This document shows positions 44,158 through 48,858 of a stretch of DNA of 48,858 bases, piece by piece. The stretch lies in NCBI GenBank assembly GCA_963752035.1, contig CAVVWZ010000088.1:1-48858 (forward strand), in the 5' to 3' direction. The stretch's first letter is position 1. Each line of letters starts with the position of its first letter. The stretch is from an uncultured delta proteobacterium. GTDB taxonomy: Bacteria; Desulfobacterota; WTBG01. The notes under the pieces are model-generated. The model ran no database searches and was not told the DNA's origin. It saw nothing but the letters and a program-made list of their open reading frames with translations. Position numbers and translations under genes: made by a program.

Positions 44158-44916
44158 ATGGAACTCAAGAAAGTAACTGACTACCTCGACAACTATCTCG
44201 ACATTGATGCCTTTCGTGATGATTCAGCCAACGGGCTGCAGGTTGATAACAGCGGTACTGTTGAGAAAATCGGCCTGGCAGTGGATGCCTGTCATGATGC
44301 GATAGTAAAAGCTGGCAGTGCGGGCTGCACTCTTCTGGTTGTGCATCATGGTCTTTTTTGGGGAAAACAGGAACTTGTGCTCGGTTATTTCCATAAGCGT
44401 ATCCGTGCCCTGATCAATGGGGATATTGCCCTGTATGCCGCACATCTGCCTCTTGATGGGCATCCTGAGGTAGGACACAACATCCAGATCGCCAGGAAGG
44501 TGGGGCTTAACAACATAGAGCCCTTTGCGCAGTATTATGGCAAAGCGATCGGTGTCAAAGGTAGTTTGCCGGAACCACAACCCTTAGGTGAAGTGGCTCG
44601 CGGTCTGGAACAGGCTATTGGCAAGTGCAGCTCCCTTCTGCAATTTGGTCCTGAAAAAATTAATTCAATTGGGATTGTATCGGGTTCCGCTACCGATCCT
44701 GATTTGTTCAAGGAACTCAAGCTGCAGGGGATTGATCTGTTTGTATCCGGTGAACCAAAGCATGGTGCCTACTATCTCGCTAAGGAGATGGGTCTCAATA
44801 TCTTTTATGGCGGACATTATCTGACGGAGACATTCGGTATGAAGGCCCTTGGAGATCACCTAGAGAAGGCTCTGAGTATACCTGCTGAGTTTATTGATGC
44901 CCCCTGCATTTTTTGA
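44158..44916 (+). CDS. Nif3-like dinuclear metal centre protein (YbgI / GTP cyclohydrolase 1 type 2 homolog)
   Basis: 252 aa. It has DSANGLQVDN, LLVVHHGLFW, YAAHLPLDGHPEVG and FYGGHYLTETFG, the characteristic NIF3-family His/Asp metal-ligand blocks. Confidence 0.9.
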   Translation: MELKKVTDYLDNYLDIDAFRDDSANGLQVDNSGTVEKIGLAVDACHDAIVKAGSAGCTLLVVHHGLFWGKQELVLGYFHKRIRALINGDIALYAAHLPLDGHPEVGHNIQIARKVGLNNIEPFAQYYGKAIGVKGSLPEPQPLGEVARGLEQAIGKCSSLLQFGPEKINSIGIVSGSATDPDLFKELKLQGIDLFVSGEPKHGAYYLAKEMGLNIFYGGHYLTETFGMKALGDHLEKALSIPAEFIDAPCIF

Positions 44917-45055
44917 ATACAGTGCCCCCCCTTGTTTCTTCCCACAGGCGTAAAACCCGTTGACAACTATAGATTCTTTAGGTAATTTCTAGGATTATTT
45001 CTTGTCAGTGTGGTTCTCTGTACGGCAATCAAACCTTTACTGGAGGTCTGTTTTT

Positions 45056-46572
45056 GTGCATGTAGGAAAAGTTTTAAGCCAAACAGCGAAAAGAAACCCC
45101 CAAAAGACAGCTGTTATCTTCAAGGATGAGGAAATAACCTTTTCTCAGCTGGAACTTATGGCTTCCCGCCTGGCTAATAAGCTGAGATCATGTAAGGTAG
45201 GCAGCGGTGATCACGTGGCTATTATTCTGCCCAACTCTTCCCAGTGGGTCGTTTCCTACTTTGCTGTAATGAAGCTGGGTGCAGTTGCAGTACCCTTCGA
45301 TTTCCGCCTCAAGGGAGAGGAAATTGTCACTATGCTGACCGATGCTGCCATTAAGGGGGTTATTGCCAGTGATCTCTACCCGGAAGTCACTGTCTTTTCA
45401 CAGGTGGAAAGCATCAGCGTGGATTTATTATAACCGGGGAAGAAGGGACACCGGTTCTTTCAGCAGGTATGAAGATGTGGTCGGTGATGAATCACTCTCA
45501 TCGGCAGTGGAGGTAGATATTACCGAAGAGGAAGAAGCTCTCTACCTTTATACCTCGGGGACGACGGGCAAACCAAAAGGGGTGGTCCTGACCTTTTCCA
45601 ACCTTGATCTTTTCCCGGAGGGGATGCATGAGGTCCTGGGAACCCGGGAAGAGGATATCCTCGGATGTCTTTTGCCCATGTCCCACATTTCAGGGCCTAT
45701 CATGTGTAACGAATTCGTGCTAAGGGGATCTACACTCTTCATTTTTGACCAATTGAGGCCTGATAAAATCCTGTCGGCAGTGGAAAAACATCAGGTTACC
45801 TACTTTCACAGTGTGCCCCCCATTTTTGAAGCTATTCTGCATGTTCCCAACAAAGAGCGATTTAATGTGGGAAGCCTTAAGTATGTGGCCATGATGGGAA
45901 CTTCAGTTCCCATTGATCTTCTCAATGTCTTTAAGAAGTCCTTTCCTAACGTTACTGTTATTCAGGGGTATGGACTTACAGAAACGTCTCCCTTTATTAC
46001 CCTCCTTCCTCTGGAATATGCTGAGACGAAGATAGGAAGTATGGGCCGAGCTGTCCCCCGTGCTGAGGTAAAGCTGGTAAACGATAAGGGGGAGGAAGTG
46101 CCGGGTAGTGAAATAGGAGAACTGATTGTTCGCGGTCCCATGCTCATGAAGTGCTATCATAATAATCCGGAGGCTACCCGGGAGCGAATTAAGAACGGGT
46201 GGCTCTACACGGGTGATTTATGCAAGAAGGATGAGGATGGTTTCTTCTACCATGTGGGGCGGAAAGATGATATGATTATCGTTGGCGGGTTAAATGTCTA
46301 CCGCAGAGGTTGAGCAGGTCTTGCGGAGTCATCCGCTGGTACGGGAGGTAGGAGTTGTCGGGGTCCCGGACAAGGACAGAGGGGAGATTATCAAGGCAGC
46401 TGTTGTTGTTACGCCCGGTGCCCAGGTAACCAGGAAGGAAATTATGGCTTACTGTAAAGAAAGGCTGGCGAACTTCAAGATTCCCAAGGTACTGGAATTC
46501 CGGGATGAGCTTCCCCGAAGCAGCACGGGTAAAATCGCACGAAGGTTTTTGATAACCCCTCACAGTGAGTAG
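45056..46572 (+). pseudogene. AMP-dependent acyl-CoA synthetase/ligase, interrupted by two frameshifts (three ORF fragments)
   Basis: A GTG at 45056 lies 10 nt after a GGAGG RBS. Fragment 1 (to 45433) holds the N-terminal domain. Fragment 2 (45342..46313) has LYTSGTTGKPKGVVL, GYGLTETS and YTGDL. Fragment 3 (46294..46572) has AEVEQVLRSHPLVREVGVVGVPD and PRSSTGKI. The breaks lie near 45415-45445 and at 46299-46303, where GGLNVY meets AEVE. Confidence 0.85.
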
Positions 46573-46729
46573 TAATCCATATCACCAGCTCCTCATGCCG
46601 ATGTGTTTCTTGTAGACTGCAAGGGCCAGGTGTTAACCCGGAGATAGAAACTGACGTTCAAGTTCTGTCTAAAAGCTGTCAGTGTTTCATCCTCTAAGAT
46701 ACGTAACCTTTTGAGCCATTAATGATCTC

Positions 46730-47485
46730 ATGCAAAAAATTACCCTTTCTCGGATTAGAGGAAGTATTGCTCAATATGTCCGGTTGGCCACCAACGTCTT
46801 CCGCCCTTTTTTTACTATAGAGGTGAAGGCGGACCAGTTAGAGAAGTATCGTTCGGAGCACGAAGGCATTACTTTTACCCCTCTCTTGATGAAAGTGATT
46901 GCTGCCACCGCCAGGCACCATCCGCTCATGAATGCGGTGGTATCAAGAAGATTTTTTGGAATAAAGGTTTTTGTTCAAGATGAAGTGGACATGTGTTTTG
47001 CAGTGGAAAAGACTTATGAAGGAGAAACCTTTGTTGCTGTGCCGGTCATTCGGGATGTTGAAAAAAAATCGATTCAGACCATTGCCTCTGAGATACGGAC
47101 TATCGCTGAGCTTCCCTATGAAGAACTTCCGGGCATTAAACCGGTTTTATTCTTTCACAGATATCCCTATTTTGTGAAGTTTGCTCACCTTAAGAGTCTG
47201 TGCCGATTTCCCCGTGTGTTTAAAGGACTCTTTGGTACCATTGGCTTTAGCAATTTGGGTAAATTTGGAGTGCAGGTTGCATCACCTACCTGGATTAATG
47301 CGGTTACTTTTGTTATCGGGACTATTGATAAGAAACCGGTGATTGTAGATGGTGAAATAAAGAACATACCGATACTTCATATTACCATGGGGTTCGACCA
47401 TGCTGTTTTTGATGGTGCTGAGGCAGGGAGGATTCTCGCAACAGTTAAAGGATTGATTGAAAATGGCAATTATGATGCACTATAA
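46730..47485 (+). CDS. stand-alone 2-oxoacid dehydrogenase E2-type acyltransferase catalytic domain protein
   Basis: 251 aa, with the CAT-fold active-site block HITMGFDHAVFDGAEAGRIL (the DHxxxDG motif). It has no lipoyl or subunit-binding domains. Confidence 0.72.
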   Translation: MQKITLSRIRGSIAQYVRLATNVFRPFFTIEVKADQLEKYRSEHEGITFTPLLMKVIAATARHHPLMNAVVSRRFFGIKVFVQDEVDMCFAVEKTYEGETFVAVPVIRDVEKKSIQTIASEIRTIAELPYEELPGIKPVLFFHRYPYFVKFAHLKSLCRFPRVFKGLFGTIGFSNLGKFGVQVASPTWINAVTFVIGTIDKKPVIVDGEIKNIPILHITMGFDHAVFDGAEAGRILATVKGLIENGNYDAL

Positions 47486-47530
47486 TAATAAAATTAACAG
47501 GAAATGTGAGGAGAGAGGACAATCAGACAT

Positions 47531-47989
47531 GTGCTGGTTTTTACCCTGGTAAGTCTAATGGCAGGTTTTTTGAGTTGTGTTGTTACACCCGCTTATGCAC
47601 AATCCACGGCGGACTTAGGGGAGCAGGAGTTTGTGGTTTTCATGCTGTGTAATGATGATGTGGAAGGCTATTGTGAAAAAGACCAGGTAAAGCAGGAGAA
47701 GTTCCTATTCAGAGAGGACAGTAGCTTTGTGATCGGAGCCTTCGAAGATCAACTGGTGCTATCGGGGAACTATAGTGTGCAGGGGTTGCTCTTGGAAGCT
47801 GAATTTTCAGCTTTAAAGGATGTGATTAAAACCTATGACTTCACCATAACCGGCCTTCTTATTGGTAACTTCATTATGGTAGGTCTGTGTGATGTTGAGT
47901 ATACCTTTATTGGACTCAACAAAGAAGAAGCCCGGTGTTACTTTCTTGGTTTCTCAATGGATGAGGCTTTAGTTCCCGACACTCAGTAG
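47531..47989 (+). CDS. small secreted hypothetical protein
   Basis: 152-aa ORF with a GTG start and a signal peptide (MLVFTLVSLMAGFLSCVVTPAYAQS). I recognise no family. Confidence 0.55.
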   Translation: MLVFTLVSLMAGFLSCVVTPAYAQSTADLGEQEFVVFMLCNDDVEGYCEKDQVKQEKFLFREDSSFVIGAFEDQLVLSGNYSVQGLLLEAEFSALKDVIKTYDFTITGLLIGNFIMVGLCDVEYTFIGLNKEEARCYFLGFSMDEALVPDTQ

Positions 47990-48072
47990 CAATCGTACAA
48001 AGCAGGAGAGATATTTTTTAATCACCAGATCTTTATAGTTACTGTTTCATAAGAAGGTTAAAAAAGGTGCAG

Positions 48073-48858
48073 TATGCGCGTTGCCATGTACTATAGCAAT
48101 AAGGATATACGAGTAGAGGAGATGCCGAAGCCGAAGACTGGCCCGGGTGAGCTGCTGGTGCGGGTGGAGGCAAGCGGTGTCTGCGGCAGTGATGTAATGG
48201 AATGGTACCGTATTCACAAGGCACCATTGGTACTGGGTCATGAAATTGCAGGTGAAGTCGTGGAGGTAGGAGAGGGGGTTACTAATTATAAAGTCGGGGA
48301 TCGTGTTTCAGCTTCCCACCATGTTCCCTGTAATACCTGTCACTACTGTTTGTCGGGTAATCATACCGCCTGTGATACGCTCCGGACAACCAATTTTGAC
48401 CCGGGTGGTTTTGCAGAATTCCTGCGGTTGCCTGCTCTCAATGTAGATCGTGGGGTATATCTTTTACCTGATGAGGTTTCCTTGGAGGAAGCTACCTTCA
48501 TTGAGCCCCTTGCCTGCGTTTTACGGGCACAGCGGCGGGCACAGGTTGGACCCGGTAAAACGGTCCTCGTCCTTGGAAGCGGTATCGGTGGACTGCTCCA
48601 CATTCACCTGGCGGGGAAGCTTGGGGCAACCCGGGTGATCGCAACTGATATTGATGAAGCCCGGCTGCGTGCAGCTGCCCGCTTTGGTGCCGACCTGGCC
48701 CTCAATGCAAAGGAAAACATTCCGACTCGGCTGAAAGAGTTAAACGAAGGGCGGCTGGCAGACAGTATTATCGTCTGCACGGGTGCAGTATCGGCCCTGC
48801 AGCAGGCCATGGAGAGTGTGGAACGGGGAGGAACTATCCTCTTTTTTGCCCCTACAGA
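48073..48858 (+). CDS. zinc-dependent medium-chain alcohol dehydrogenase (partial, runs off the right edge)
   Basis: It is not in the ORF track because there is no stop in the window. My own translation from the ATG at 48073 is MRVAMYYSNKDIRVEEMPKPKTGPGELLVRVEASGVCGSDVMEW...LGHEIAGEVVEVG...CNTCHYCLSGNHTAC...VLVLGSGIGGLL. It contains the catalytic and structural zinc motifs plus the GxGxxG fold. The frame is open for 262 codons. Confidence 0.85.

Overview
This is a chromosomal window from a moderate-GC, apparently anaerobic bacterium; I cannot assign a taxon from sequence alone. It holds about 45 protein genes and no rRNA, tRNA or CRISPR. The housekeeping blocks are clear. They include pantothenate/CoA genes (panB, panC, coaBC), hflX-miaA, and purine salvage genes (apt, an NCS2 purine permease, a MarR regulator). 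There is also a near-complete futalosine-route menaquinone cluster: mqnC, mqnA, mqnE, UbiA-like, UbiD-like, mqnD and mqnB.

The most interesting part is a same-strand cluster at 23068-34314. It joins a 5-deoxyribose/DHAP-shunt-like enzyme set to several unexpected partners. The enzyme set is a nucleoside phosphorylase, an MtnA-like isomerase, a class II aldolase and an aldehyde dehydrogenase. The partners are a B12-binding radical SAM enzyme, a degenerate half-MtnA paralog, an SCP2 lipid-binding domain fused to the aldolase, an HpnN/MMPL-like RND exporter and a DUF1302-like outer-membrane protein. I propose it processes a hydrophobic 5'-deoxyadenosyl adduct, as an untested hypothesis.

Directly behind this cluster's terminator hairpin sits a 606-nt ORF-less group IIC intron.

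Intergenic DNA is unusually repeat-rich:
- five copies of a roughly 140-170 bp element with GCAAAG-array inverted termini;
- a purine-rich repeat family placed just after stop codons in the sense orientation;
- a MITE-like insert with 17-bp inverted repeats and a 15-bp flanking duplication;
- a GTCATTGCGAG palindromic element.

Six genes carry seven frameshifts, several of them in short homopolymer runs. These are probably assembly indels. A possible membrane-anchored bilin-reductase-like gene and an untracked 54-aa RHH gene are also noted.
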